Assembly (NCBI GenBank): GCA_963674865.2
Contig: CAXXYE010000003.1
Span: forward strand, 26,373 to 90,372
Direction: 5' to 3'
DNA: 64,000 nucleotides
Origin: Candidatus Hydrogenedentota bacterium
GTDB lineage: Bacteria; Hydrogenedentota; Hydrogenedentia; Hydrogenedentales; SLHB01
The notes beneath the pieces were generated by a model. That model saw only the letters and a list, made by a program, of their open reading frames with translations. It was not told the DNA's origin and searched no databases. Of the stretch, positions 42,880 to 52,792 are shown in pieces; position 1 is the stretch's first letter; each line of letters starts with the position of its first letter. Made by a program: the position numbers and the translations under genes.

Positions 42880-45800
42880 ATGGGCGGCGGCAACGGCAAG
42901 GTAGGCTCGGTACTGGTTGTCGGCGGAGGAATCGCCGGCATGCAGGCGGCCTTGGACTGCGCCAACTCCGGATTCAAGGTCTACCTCCTCGAAAGCGAGC
43001 CGGCCATTGGCGGAAACATGGCAAGGCTCGATAAGACGTTCCCGACGAACGACTGCGCCATGTGCATGCTGTCGCCCAAACTCGTCGAAACCGGCCGCCA
43101 TCTGAGCATCGAGATCATCGCCTACGCCGACCTCAAGAAGCTCGAAGGGCGGCCGGGCAACTTCACGGCTACGGTTAACAAGCGCGCGCGATTCGTCGAT
43201 GAAGAAAAGTGCAACGGCTGCGGCGACTGCGAGCAGGTGTGCCCCGTCCTCATCAAGGACACGTTCAACGGCGGCCTCATCGAGCGCCACGCTATCTACC
43301 GGCCCTATCCTCAGGCCATTCCCAATGTCTACACCATTGACAAGCAAGCCTCGCCTCCGCCGTGCCGGGGCACGTGTCCCGCGGGCGTGAACGCCCAAGG
43401 TTACGTCGCCCTCATCGCCAAGGGGAAGTTTCTCGAAGCGCTGGATGTCGTGCGCAATCGCATGCCCTTCGCGGGCATCTGCGGGCGAATCTGTCACCAT
43501 CCCTGTGAAAACAACTGCAACCGCACGAAGATCGACACCGCCGTATCGGTTCGGAACCTGAAGCGGTTTGTGGCGGACTACGAGTGGGACTTGCTTCGTC
43601 AAGGCAAGTCCATTGAGCGCCCGCCAAGCGAAGAAGCCGAGGAAGAAAGGCAGGCGTATCCCGAGAAGGTGGCCGTTGTCGGAGGCGGCCCGGCGGGGCT
43701 GGCCTGCGCCAACGATCTGGCCGCGCTGGGACACTCCGTCACGGTGTTCGACGCCGCCCCGCAGTTGGGCGGCATGATGCGCACCGGCATCCCGCCCTAC
43801 CGCCTGCCGCGCGACTTGTTGGATCACGAGATCGACCTCATCCTCGACGAGCGCATAAGCGTCCGTACGGGCGTGGCCCTCGGGCGGGACCTCTCCCTCG
43901 AGGACCTTGAGCGAGACGGCTACCAAGCGTCCTTCCTCGCCACGGGCGCGCAGCTCCCCAAGAAGATCCCCCTCGAAGGCGGCGATGCGAAGGGCGTTCT
44001 ATACGGCATCCCTTTCCTGGGCGAGGTCAACGCGGGCGCGAAGCCCGAGCTGGGGAGCAAGATCGTCGTTATCGGCGGCGGAAACGTGGCCACGGACGTA
44101 GCCCGTTCGGCGCTGCGGCTGGCCGATGGCGGCTCGGTGACGCTGTATTGCCTGGAGTCGCGGGAGGAGATGCCCGCGCACACGTGGGAGATCTCGGAGG
44201 CCGAAGAGGAGGGCGTGGCGATTCGCCCGTCCTGGGGGCCGAGCCGCGTGATGGTGAAGGATGGGCGCGTAACCGGACTGGAATTGGTGCGGTGCACGGC
44301 GGTGCTTGACGAGGACAAGCGCTTCAATCCGGCCTTTGACACGAATCAGAAAGAAACCGTTGAGGCCGACACGATCATCTTGGCCGTCGGCCAGGTGTGC
44401 GATCTGTCCTTTCTGGGCGACGCCGTCCAAACCAATCGCGGCCTCATCGAGGTCGACCGCCTGACGCTCGAAACCTCCCGCCCCGGCGTGTTCGCGGGCG
44501 GCGATAACGTTCTAGGGCCGGCCTCCCTCGTCGAGGCCGTCGAGCAGGGCCACCGGGCCGCGGAATCGATTGGCCGCTATCTGCGTGGCGAGGACATGCG
44601 CGCCGACCGCACGCCGGTTGCGCGGCCGACGGAGTTTGCAGACATCCCGGACTGGGCCGATTGTTCGCCCGCGCTGCGCCATGAGGCGGCTCAAGCGGAT
44701 GTGCAGCACCGAAGCACGTCGTTTGTGGAGATCGACAGCGGATACACCGAGGAGATGGCCGTCGCCGAGGCGCAGCGCTGCCTCAATTGCGGCGGCTGCT
44801 CCGTGTGCCGCGAGTGTGTCCGCGTGTGCAAGGCCGGAGCTATCGACCACGACATGCAGGACGAGCTTCGCGAGCTGAACGTCGGCGCCGTCATTCTGAC
44901 AAACGGCTATGACACCTTCGACGCGACGCGCAAATCCGAATACGGTTACGGCCGCTATCCCAACGTGGTTACGAGCATGCAGTTCGAGCGCATCCTGAGC
45001 GCGTCCGGCCCGTACGACGGCCACGTCCGCCGCCCGTCCGACGGCGGAACGCCCAAGAAGGTGGCTTGGATTCAGTGCGTGGGCTCCCGCGATGTAACCG
45101 TGGGGAACGACTACTGCTCCTCCGTCTGCTGCATGTACGCGACGAAAGAGGCCATCATAGCTAAAGAGCATGAAAGCGATATCGAGCCTACGATCTTCTT
45201 CATCGATATGCGCGCCTTCGGCAAGGGATTCGAGACCTTCTATAACCGCGCCAAGGACGAATGCGGCGTGCGCTACGTCCGCAGCCAAGTCTCATCGCTC
45301 AAAGAGAATCCCGAGAACCAGAACATCATCGTCCGGTACGTCCAGGAATCGAACGGCCGGCAGCGCGTCGCCGAGGAGGAATTCGACTTGGTAGTCCTCT
45401 CCGTAGGACTCGTGGCGAAGCGCTCGACGGAGGACGTGCTGGGCCTCTCGGACTTGGCCCGCAATCGCTACGGATTCGCGGAAGGGAAGCCGTTCACGCC
45501 GCTTCTGTCCAGTAAGGAAGGCGTGTTTCTCTGCGGGGCCGTGAGCGGGCCGAAGGATATCCCCGAGACCGTGATGGAGAGCAGCGGGGCCGCGGCCCTG
45601 TGCGGAGAACTGCTCCACTCGGTGCGCGGCACCGAGGTACAGGTGAAGGAGTATCCCGTCGAGAATGACGTGGGCGGCGAGGCGCCGCGGGTGGGTGTGT
45701 TCATCTGCCATTGCGGCGCGAACATCGCATCCGTGGTCGACGTTGCCGCTGTGACGGAAGCCGCCAAGCGTATTCCGGGCGTCGTCTATGCGGAGCACAC

Positions 45801-47373
45801 GATCTACACCTGCTCGCAGGATACGCAGGAGCGCATGAAGGAGATCATCGCCGAGAAAGGCCTGAACCGCGTCGTGGTGGCCTCGTGTACGCCACGCACC
45901 CACGAGCCGCTTTTCCAGGAGACGCTCCGCGAGGCCGGATTGAACAAGTATCTCTTCGAGATGGCCGACATCCGCGAGCAGTGCTCCTGGGTGCATCGCG
46001 AGGAGCCGGACAAAGCCATGGACAAGGCCACGGCCCTTGTGTGCGGTGCCGTCGGCAAGTCAAGATTGCTCGAGCCGCTCCAGTTCAAGCGCGTGGGCAT
46101 CACCCGAGCGGCACTGATCGTCGGCGGCGGGATAGCAGGCATGACGGCCGCGCTATCCCTGGCGCGGCAGGGATTCCGCGTGCACCTAATCGAGCGAGAG
46201 GACCACCTGGGCGGCAACCTCATCCACCTGACTCGCGGCCTCGAAGGCTACGACTGGCAGGCCCATCTGAGCGAGGCGATCCGGCAGGTCGAGGACGATG
46301 AGGCCATCGACGTCTTCCTGCAAACGGAGGTGGACGAAGTCGCGGGATTTGTCGGCAACTTCCGGACACGCCTGCGAGGCGCGGCGGAAACGGAAGTCGA
46401 AGACGGGGCGATTATCGTCGCGACGGGTGCGGAGGAGCATCAGCCCGGAGCATTTCTCTTCGGGCAAGTTGAGCGCGTCATCACGCAGCGGGATCTCGAA
46501 GCCCGGCTCAATAACGGATTCTCGGCCCGGCACGTGGTGATGATCCAATGCGTCGGCAGCCGCGATGACGAGCGCCCCTACTGCTCGAGGGTGTGCTGCG
46601 GCGAAGCCGTAAAGAACGCCCTCGCCATCAAGGAGAAGGATCCCGGCGCCAGCGTCCACATTCTCTACAGGGACATCCGCACCTTCCAGTATCGCGAGGA
46701 GTACTACAGGAAGGCCCGTGAGGCGGGCGTGATGTTCATCCATTTCCCCGATGATCAGTATCCCGAGGTGGCCGACGGCGGCGCAGGCCTGTCCGTGCGC
46801 GTTCACGACACGGTTCTCGGTGAAACGCTCGAACTGCGCCCCGACTACGTGGTGCTCAGCGCGGCCGTCGAGCCGGATCGGGCGAACAACGGCCGGCTCG
46901 CCGAGCAGCTCAAGGTATCGCTGAACGAAGACGGCTTCTTCATGGAGGCGCACCTCAAATTGCGCCCGGTGGATTTCGCCAACGAGGGGATATTCGTCTG
47001 CGGTTTGGCGCATTCGCCCAAGTACACCGAGGAGAACATCACCCAGGCGCTGGCGGCGGCCGGCCGGGCGGCGTGCATTCTCTCGAAGGAGTCGCTCGAG
47101 GTCGGCGGCGTGGTATCGCACGTGGATCCGGATAAATGCGCGACGTGCCTGACGTGCGTGCGCGAGTGCATCTACAACGCTCCCTTTGTCAACGCGGACG
47201 GCAAGGCCGAGATCGAAGAGGCAAAATGCCAGGGGTGCGGCAACTGCGCCTCGGCCTGCCCCGCCAAGGCGATCCAACTCCGCACGTTCACCGATGTGCA
47301 GGAGCGGGCGCTGTTTCGCAGCATTCTCGATGAGCAAGCGCAATCCGACTACATGGTTCTGGTGGATGAATAA
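42880..47373 (+). CDS. hdrA: Giant HdrA-type flavoprotein (HdrL-like): two HdrA-like FAD modules, an inserted GltD/NfnB-like NAD(P)H module and several [4Fe-4S] motifs
   Basis: VLVVGGGIAGMQAAL...DKTFPTNDCAMC (HdrA N-terminus). CRGTCPAGVNAQGY...GRICHHPCENNCNR plus VAVVGGGPAGLACA (GltD-like). VAWIQCVGSRD...YCSSVCCMY (HdrA). A second set ALIVGGGIAGMTAAL...MIQCVGSRDDERPYCSRVCC. C-terminal CATCLTCVRECIY...CQGCGNCASACP. Confidence 0.8.
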   Translation: MGGGNGKVGSVLVVGGGIAGMQAALDCANSGFKVYLLESEPAIGGNMARLDKTFPTNDCAMCMLSPKLVETGRHLSIEIIAYADLKKLEGRPGNFTATVNKRARFVDEEKCNGCGDCEQVCPVLIKDTFNGGLIERHAIYRPYPQAIPNVYTIDKQASPPPCRGTCPAGVNAQGYVALIAKGKFLEALDVVRNRMPFAGICGRICHHPCENNCNRTKIDTAVSVRNLKRFVADYEWDLLRQGKSIERPPSEEAEEERQAYPEKVAVVGGGPAGLACANDLAALGHSVTVFDAAPQLGGMMRTGIPPYRLPRDLLDHEIDLILDERISVRTGVALGRDLSLEDLERDGYQASFLATGAQLPKKIPLEGGDAKGVLYGIPFLGEVNAGAKPELGSKIVVIGGGNVATDVARSALRLADGGSVTLYCLESREEMPAHTWEISEAEEEGVAIRPSWGPSRVMVKDGRVTGLELVRCTAVLDEDKRFNPAFDTNQKETVEADTIILAVGQVCDLSFLGDAVQTNRGLIEVDRLTLETSRPGVFAGGDNVLGPASLVEAVEQGHRAAESIGRYLRGEDMRADRTPVARPTEFADIPDWADCSPALRHEAAQADVQHRSTSFVEIDSGYTEEMAVAEAQRCLNCGGCSVCRECVRVCKAGAIDHDMQDELRELNVGAVILTNGYDTFDATRKSEYGYGRYPNVVTSMQFERILSASGPYDGHVRRPSDGGTPKKVAWIQCVGSRDVTVGNDYCSSVCCMYATKEAIIAKEHESDIEPTIFFIDMRAFGKGFETFYNRAKDECGVRYVRSQVSSLKENPENQNIIVRYVQESNGRQRVAEEEFDLVVLSVGLVAKRSTEDVLGLSDLARNRYGFAEGKPFTPLLSSKEGVFLCGAVSGPKDIPETVMESSGAAALCGELLHSVRGTEVQVKEYPVENDVGGEAPRVGVFICHCGANIASVVDVAAVTEAAKRIPGVVYAEHTIYTCSQDTQERMKEIIAEKGLNRVVVASCTPRTHEPLFQETLREAGLNKYLFEMADIREQCSWVHREEPDKAMDKATALVCGAVGKSRLLEPLQFKRVGITRAALIVGGGIAGMTAALSLARQGFRVHLIEREDHLGGNLIHLTRGLEGYDWQAHLSEAIRQVEDDEAIDVFLQTEVDEVAGFVGNFRTRLRGAAETEVEDGAIIVATGAEEHQPGAFLFGQVERVITQRDLEARLNNGFSARHVVMIQCVGSRDDERPYCSRVCCGEAVKNALAIKEKDPGASVHILYRDIRTFQYREEYYRKAREAGVMFIHFPDDQYPEVADGGAGLSVRVHDTVLGETLELRPDYVVLSAAVEPDRANNGRLAEQLKVSLNEDGFFMEAHLKLRPVDFANEGIFVCGLAHSPKYTEENITQALAAAGRAACILSKESLEVGGVVSHVDPDKCATCLTCVRECIYNAPFVNADGKAEIEEAKCQGCGNCASACPAKAIQLRTFTDVQERALFRSILDEQAQSDYMVLVDE

Positions 47374-47423
47374 GGACGGACAAGCCGCTCCCGGCCGCGA
47401 GCCGGGAGGCGACTGCAACACCC

Positions 47424-47870
47424 ATGACTGACGAACCGAACATCATCGCCTTCTGCTGCCACTACTGCGCGTTCACCGCGGCGGATCTGGCGGGAACCAT
47501 GCGTCGCCAGTATCCGACGAACATCCGGATTGTCCGGCTGCCGTGTTCCGGGAAGGTCGATGTGAACCTCATTTTGCAGGCGTTTCTCGACGGGGCCGAC
47601 GGCGTGATGGTAGGCGCGTGCGAGCCCGGCGGCTGCCATTTCATCCAAGGCAACCTGCGGGCGCGGAAGCGCGTCGACTACGCCAAGCGCCTGTTGGCCG
47701 AGGTCGGCATCAGCCCGGAGCGGCTGGAGATGTACTACATCGCGGCGTCGCAAGGGCCGCTCTTTGCGCAGCGGGCGACGGAATTCACGGAGCGGATCAA
47801 ACAACTCAACGCCGAGGCGGCCGCGCAGGCGGAGGAAGTCGCTCAAGAGGCGAGTGGAGAGGCGACATGA
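47424..47870 (+). CDS. mvhD: MvhD-like (methyl-viologen-reducing hydrogenase delta subunit) [2Fe-2S] protein
   Basis: IIAFCCHYCAFTAADLAG ... VRLPCSGKVD ... GVMVGACEPGGCHF is the MvhD/FlpD pattern. Confidence 0.8.
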   Translation: MTDEPNIIAFCCHYCAFTAADLAGTMRRQYPTNIRIVRLPCSGKVDVNLILQAFLDGADGVMVGACEPGGCHFIQGNLRARKRVDYAKRLLAEVGISPERLEMYYIAASQGPLFAQRATEFTERIKQLNAEAAAQAEEVAQEASGEAT

Positions 47871-48541
47871 TTGTTGCGGAACGAAAACCGTTCGATGAGG
47901 TGTATGACTTCGCCCGGCGCCACGCGAAGGTGCTGGTGCTCGGATGCGGCACGTGCGTCACCGTGTGCATGGCCGGCGGCGAGAAGGAGGTCGGCATCCT
48001 CGCCAACCAGATTCGCCTGGCCGCCCGCGAGCGCCACGACACGATTGAGGTCGCCGAGCACACCATCGAGCGCCAGTGCGATCGCGAGTTCTTCGACGAG
48101 GCCGTCAGCCGGAAGATACACGAGGCCGACGCCGTCATCTCGATGGGCTGCGGCGTCGGCGTGCAATACTGCGTCGAGTGTTTCACCGAGGCCATCGTTT
48201 ATCCCGCGTTGAACACGAAGTTCTTCGGGGCGACCATCGAGCAAGGCGAATGGGCTGAGCGCTGCGGAGGCTGCGGCGAATGCCGGCTCGACCTGTTCGG
48301 CGGCGTGTGCCCCGTGGCGCGGTGCTCCAAGCACTTGCTCAACGGGCCCTGCGGCGGGTCGTCCGATGGGAAATGCGAAGTGGATCCGGAGAACACCGAT
48401 TGCGCCTGGCAGTTGATCTACGATCGCATGGAGAGGCTCGGCCGCTTGGAGGAACTCGAGGATGTTATTCCCGCGAAAGACTGGCGTTCCGATCGGGACG
48501 GCGGGCCGCGGAAAGTGACTAGGGAAGACGTGAAACTGTGA
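47867..48541 (+). CDS. metV: MetV-type Cys-rich small subunit of acetogen-type methylene-THF reductase
   Basis: ATG 47867 overlaps the mvhD stop (ATGA). VLVLGCGTCVTVCMAGG ... CGGCGECRLDLFGGVCPVARCSKHLLNGPCGG resembles a methylene-THF-reductase C-terminal/zinc-ribbon-like domain. The 332-aa track ORF start is rejected. Confidence 0.7.
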   Translation: MIVAERKPFDEVYDFARRHAKVLVLGCGTCVTVCMAGGEKEVGILANQIRLAARERHDTIEVAEHTIERQCDREFFDEAVSRKIHEADAVISMGCGVGVQYCVECFTEAIVYPALNTKFFGATIEQGEWAERCGGCGECRLDLFGGVCPVARCSKHLLNGPCGGSSDGKCEVDPENTDCAWQLIYDRMERLGRLEELEDVIPAKDWRSDRDGGPRKVTREDVKL

Positions 48542-49494
48542 GCGAAGAAGCACTGAAATCGGGCAGCCGCCTTGAAAAAGTCCTGACATCCGGCCAATTC
48601 GCCGTCACCGCCGAACTCGGGCCGCCGAAGAGCGCCGATGTCGAGGCGATCAAGCAGAAGGCCGGCTATCTCAACGGCGTCGTGGATGCTGTCAACATCA
48701 CCGACAACCAGACGGCCATCGTGCGCATGTCGTCCATTGGCGCGGGCGTCTTGGCGAGAGAGGCAGGCCTCGAGCCCGTGGTGCAGGTGACGTGCCGCGA
48801 TCGGAACCGCCTGGCCATTCAGAGCGACCTCCTGGGGGCCTACGCATTGGGCATTCGCAATGTGCTGTGCCTCACGGGCGACCACCAATGCTTCGGCAAT
48901 CATCCCGCGTCGAGGAATGTGTTCGACGTCGACTCCATCCAGCTCATCCAGATGCTCAAGGATATGCGCGACGACAAGGTGTTTGCCTCCGGTGAGGAGA
49001 TACGGAACACGAAGAAGGCGCCCATCGTCGAGCCGCGCTTCTTCATCGGGGCAGCCGCCAATCCCTTCGGCGATCCGTTTGCTTTCCGCGTCATCCGGCT
49101 TGCCAAAAAGGTGAAAGCCGGCGTCGATTTCATCCAGACGCAGTGCATCTACGACATGGATCGCTTCAAGCAATGGATGGAGGCCGTCCGCAATCGAGGG
49201 CTGCACGATGAGGTCTTTATCCTTGCCGGAGTCACGCCGCTGAAATCCGTCCGGATGGCTGAGTACATGCGCGACAACGTCGCGGGATTGACGGTGCCCG
49301 AGCACCTCATCGAGCGCCTGGCCAAGGCCGAGGTCCCGCGCGATGAGGGAGAGAAGATCGCCGTCGAGCAGATGCAGGAACTGCGCGAGATGCCCGGCAT
49401 CAGCGGCATCCACATCATGGCCATCGAGGCCGAAAAGAGCGTCGCCGGGCTCGTCGAGAAAGCCGGCCTGCTTCCCCGGCCCCAAGTCGCGTAG
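48538..49494 (+). CDS. metF: Methylenetetrahydrofolate reductase
   Basis: GTG 48538 overlaps the metV stop (GTGA). FAVTAELGPPKS, VNITDNQTAIVRMS, LCLTGDH and the FIQTQCIYD MTHFR-fold motifs. Confidence 0.85.
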   Translation: MSEEALKSGSRLEKVLTSGQFAVTAELGPPKSADVEAIKQKAGYLNGVVDAVNITDNQTAIVRMSSIGAGVLAREAGLEPVVQVTCRDRNRLAIQSDLLGAYALGIRNVLCLTGDHQCFGNHPASRNVFDVDSIQLIQMLKDMRDDKVFASGEEIRNTKKAPIVEPRFFIGAAANPFGDPFAFRVIRLAKKVKAGVDFIQTQCIYDMDRFKQWMEAVRNRGLHDEVFILAGVTPLKSVRMAEYMRDNVAGLTVPEHLIERLAKAEVPRDEGEKIAVEQMQELREMPGISGIHIMAIEAEKSVAGLVEKAGLLPRPQVA

Positions 49495-49564
49495 CGAAAG
49501 CCGCAAGTGGCGTCGCCGTCGCATCGCCGCGGATGCGGCAGATCTCAAAGCAAGGAGAAGGCGG

Positions 49565-52288
49565 ATGCTTACAAGTGCTTCCTATGCGGGCGTCATGTTC
49601 GGCGTGCTCCTGGCCGCCTTCGTGAGCGCAGCGGCGGACGACGCCTTCCCCGGCGTCGAATGGGAACAACGCGAGCCGGGCGCGCTCGGCCTCGACGGCG
49701 CTGAGTTGGACGAGGTGGCGGCACGCCTAGGAGGCCGCGGCTGCGTCATCAAGGACGGCTACATCGTCAAGTCCTGGGGCGACCTCGCTCAGTCCGGCGA
49801 CTGGCTGTCATCCGCCAAACCTGTCTTGAGCACCATCCTCTTCTTCGCCATCGAAGAGGACCTCGTTAAGAGCGTCGATCAGCCCATCGCGGAATTCGGC
49901 TGGGATTTCCGCCCCAAGGACAAGGGCATCACCTTCCGCCACCTCGGCGCCATGAGCAGCGGCTATGCGCGCCCCGAGGGCCCCGGCGAGGCGTGGGCCT
50001 ACAACGACTTCGCCATCCAGCTCTATCAGAGGACCCTCTTCGACAAGGTGTTCAAAGGCGACGCGAAGGAGATCGCCGAAGCGCCCGAACGCCTCGGCGC
50101 CCTCGGCTTGCAGGATGGACTCCGATTCAACGGCAAACGCCGCATCTACGCCTCCGTCCGCGATTTCGCCCGCATCGTCTGGTTCTGGCTCAACCGAGGC
50201 AACTGGAATGGCCGTCAGGTGCTGCCCTCGCGCTATTTCAACGAGTACATGCGCCCGCAAACGCCCAAGGACCTGCCGCAAACCGCCAAGGCCGAGACGG
50301 ATGACTACCTCGGCATCGGCTCCTACGGCGGCGGCTCGGACCACTTCAGCGTCGCCGGGCCGGGCATCTACGGCTTCAACTGGTGGTTCAACGACACCGG
50401 CCGGCTCCATCCCCACGCGCTGACGTGGCCCGATGCGCCGCCGGACACCATCATGAGCCTCGGCGCGGGCGGCAATTCCAGCGCCTTCATCCCCAGCCTG
50501 AACGTGGCCCTCGTGTGCGCCCAAGGCGACTGGGGGAATGTGCGCGGTGGCGAGCGCGACGCTGAGATGAACCGCGTCCTTGGACTCCTGGCGGAGGCGT
50601 GTGGATACACGCCCGAACCTGTCCTCATCACCGGCGAACGGCGGCAATGGCGCCCCATCACGCTTTCCTTCCGGGGAGACGATCTCGCCGAAACCGGCGA
50701 ACCGAACCCCTTCACGGACTATCGCCTGAACGTCGCCTTCTCCAAAGGCGGCCGCACCCTCGTAGTGCCCGGCTTCTACGCCGCGGACGGAAACGCCCTG
50801 GAATCGGGCGGCGAGGCCGGCCCCGTGTGGCGCGTCCACTTCGCCCCGGATGAGGAAGGTGTCTGGGAGTATCGCGTGTCGTGCCGGACGGGCCCGGGCA
50901 TCGCCACCGCTTCCGAACGAGACGCCGGCCAACCTACGGCGTTCGACGGCCTCTCGGGAAGAATCGAGATCGGCCCCGCCGACCCCGCCGCGCCCGGCTT
51001 CATCGCCACGGCCACGCTCCGCCACACGGGCGGGCGCTACCTGCAATTCGCCGGGACGAAGGAGTACTTCATTAAAGGCGGCGTGGACAGCCCGGAGAAC
51101 GTGCTCGCCTTCGCGGACTTCGACGGCACCGTGCCCACCCACAAGTACGAGCCCCACGCCGGGGACTGGCGCTTCGGCGACCCCGTGTGGCACGGCGACA
51201 AGGGGAAGAACCTGATCGGAGCGCTGAATTACCTCGCCGGCAAGGGCATCAACTCGGTGTATTCACTGACGATGAACGTCGGGGGCGACGGCAAAGACAC
51301 CTGGCCCTGGATAAGCGACACGGAACACCTTCGCTTCGATTGCAGCAAGCTGGATCAATGGGATGTCGTCTTCCGCCACATGGATCGCCTCGGCCTGATG
51401 CTCCACGTCGTCACGCAGGAGCAGGAGAACGACCAACTGCTCGACGGCGGCGAACTCGGGCCGGAGCGCAGGCTCTACTACCGCGAGTTGATCGCCCGCT
51501 TCGCCCATCATCCGGCACTGGTGTGGAATCTCGGCGAGGAAAACACGAACACGCCCGAGCAGCGCCGCGCCTTCGCCGCGTACATCCGCGCCCTCGACCC
51601 CTACGACCACCCCATCGTCATCCACACCTTCCCCAGCCAACGCGACGAGGTGTACACGGACCTCCTTGGCTTCGCCGACTTGGACGGCCCCTCCCTGCAA
51701 TTGGCCGATATGCGGGAAACGCACCGAGAGACGCTGAAGTGGGTGCAACGCTCACGCGAGGCCGGCCGGCCATGGTGCGTCTGCCTCGACGAGATCGGCC
51801 CTCCGAGCGTGGGCGTCAAGTCCGATGCCGAAGACCCCGACCACGACGACGTGCGGCGCTACGCCCTCTGGGGCAATCTCATGGCCGGGGGCGGCGGCTG
51901 CGAATGGTTCTTCCAGAGCGACAACCACTGTGAAGACTGGCGCGCCCGCGACCGCATGTGGGATCTGACGCGCTACGCCCGTGCCTTCTTCCAGCAATAT
52001 CTTCCCTTCCACGAGATGGTGCCCGCCGACGAACTGGTGTCGGGCGAAGGCGCGTGGTGCCTTGCCAAGCCCGGCGAGGTGTACGCCGTCTACACGCCGA
52101 ATGCGGCGGAACTGCGCCTGGAAGTCCCCGAAGGCACATATGACGTGGCCTGGTACGATCCGCGGCACGGCGGGGCCTTGGCCCAAGGCAAGCCGATCAC
52201 CGGCCCCGGCCGCATCGCCCTCGGCCCGCCACCCAGCGACCCCGACAAAGACTGGGCCGTCCTAATCCGCCGAGCGGCCAGGCATTAG
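49565..52288 (+). CDS. Secreted multidomain protein: serine-hydrolase-like N-region (tentative) plus a DUF5060-like Ig domain plus a GH5/DUF4038-like TIM-barrel
   Basis: ATG 49565 gives signal peptide MLTSASYAGVMFGVLLAAFVSAAA. FTDYRLNVAFSKGGRTLVVPGFYAADG...WRVHFAPDEEGVWEY is a DUF5060-like pattern. INSVYSLTMNVGGDG and VWNLGEE suggest a glycoside-hydrolase-like barrel. Confidence 0.5.
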   Translation: MLTSASYAGVMFGVLLAAFVSAAADDAFPGVEWEQREPGALGLDGAELDEVAARLGGRGCVIKDGYIVKSWGDLAQSGDWLSSAKPVLSTILFFAIEEDLVKSVDQPIAEFGWDFRPKDKGITFRHLGAMSSGYARPEGPGEAWAYNDFAIQLYQRTLFDKVFKGDAKEIAEAPERLGALGLQDGLRFNGKRRIYASVRDFARIVWFWLNRGNWNGRQVLPSRYFNEYMRPQTPKDLPQTAKAETDDYLGIGSYGGGSDHFSVAGPGIYGFNWWFNDTGRLHPHALTWPDAPPDTIMSLGAGGNSSAFIPSLNVALVCAQGDWGNVRGGERDAEMNRVLGLLAEACGYTPEPVLITGERRQWRPITLSFRGDDLAETGEPNPFTDYRLNVAFSKGGRTLVVPGFYAADGNALESGGEAGPVWRVHFAPDEEGVWEYRVSCRTGPGIATASERDAGQPTAFDGLSGRIEIGPADPAAPGFIATATLRHTGGRYLQFAGTKEYFIKGGVDSPENVLAFADFDGTVPTHKYEPHAGDWRFGDPVWHGDKGKNLIGALNYLAGKGINSVYSLTMNVGGDGKDTWPWISDTEHLRFDCSKLDQWDVVFRHMDRLGLMLHVVTQEQENDQLLDGGELGPERRLYYRELIARFAHHPALVWNLGEENTNTPEQRRAFAAYIRALDPYDHPIVIHTFPSQRDEVYTDLLGFADLDGPSLQLADMRETHRETLKWVQRSREAGRPWCVCLDEIGPPSVGVKSDAEDPDHDDVRRYALWGNLMAGGGGCEWFFQSDNHCEDWRARDRMWDLTRYARAFFQQYLPFHEMVPADELVSGEGAWCLAKPGEVYAVYTPNAAELRLEVPEGTYDVAWYDPRHGGALAQGKPITGPGRIALGPPPSDPDKDWAVLIRRAARH
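52144..52190 (+). repeat. Left copy of the direct repeat flanking island 2 (inside the 3' part of the 49565..52288 gene)
   Basis: CGTGGCCTGGTACGATCCGCGGCACGGCGGGGCCTTGGCCCAAGGCA matches 56327..56373 at 41/47. Weaker homology extends ~25 nt further upstream. Confidence 0.85.
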
Positions 52289-52310
52289 CGTCGCGACTCA
52301 GGACAAGCGC

Positions 52311-52745
52311 CAAGAAGAAGCGAAAAACGGGGACTGATGCAAGCGGAGTCCGCCTCGGGCGGACGAAGACGTGTCTGTCCCTGCTTTTCACGCTTTTCAG
52401 GTGTCAAACGCGAACGTCATGCCCGCGAAAGCACAGCAAAAAAGGGACTGACGCATGCGAGTCCGCCCGCAGCGGGCGAGACGTGTCTGTCCCTGCTTTT
52501 CCAGGCGGACGCAGACGTGTCTGTCCCTTTTCTTGCGCATCCTTGTCATCCCGTCTAAGTCTTGCCGTTTTCTACGCTGCTCAGTCCTGTTATCCCGTCC
52601 AAATCTTCGGCGGGCCATGCCCTGCCGTCTTGGCTATCTATCCAATCCTGTTATCCCGTCCAAGTCTTGCCGTTTCTTGCGCAATCCTGTCATCCCGTCT
52701 AAATCTCCCCGTTTTCCACTCAATCCTGTCATCCCGTCAAAGAAC
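52311..52745. repeat. Repeat family R2 block: three hairpin units plus five tandem AATCCTGTYATCCCGTC units
   Basis: GTCCGCC-n4-GGCGGAC / GTCCGCCC-gca-GCGGGCGAG hairpins with GACGTGTCTGTCCC tails at 52311..52392, 52436..52500 and 52503..52537. ATCCTGTYATCCCGTC-type units near 52540, 52583, 52643, 52683 and 52722. Confidence 0.85.
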
Positions 52746-52792
52746 CTCACTACACGCCCACCGGGCAACACCCCCCGTGTCGACACAACCAC

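Noticed and set aside
42880-47373. The possibility that the 1497-aa HdrA is two genes fused by a sequencing error, or that it contains a selenocysteine TGA.
   Set aside because: The frame is continuous with no internal stop, and the domain order is coherent across the junctions. No in-frame TGA or SECIS-like context was noticed.
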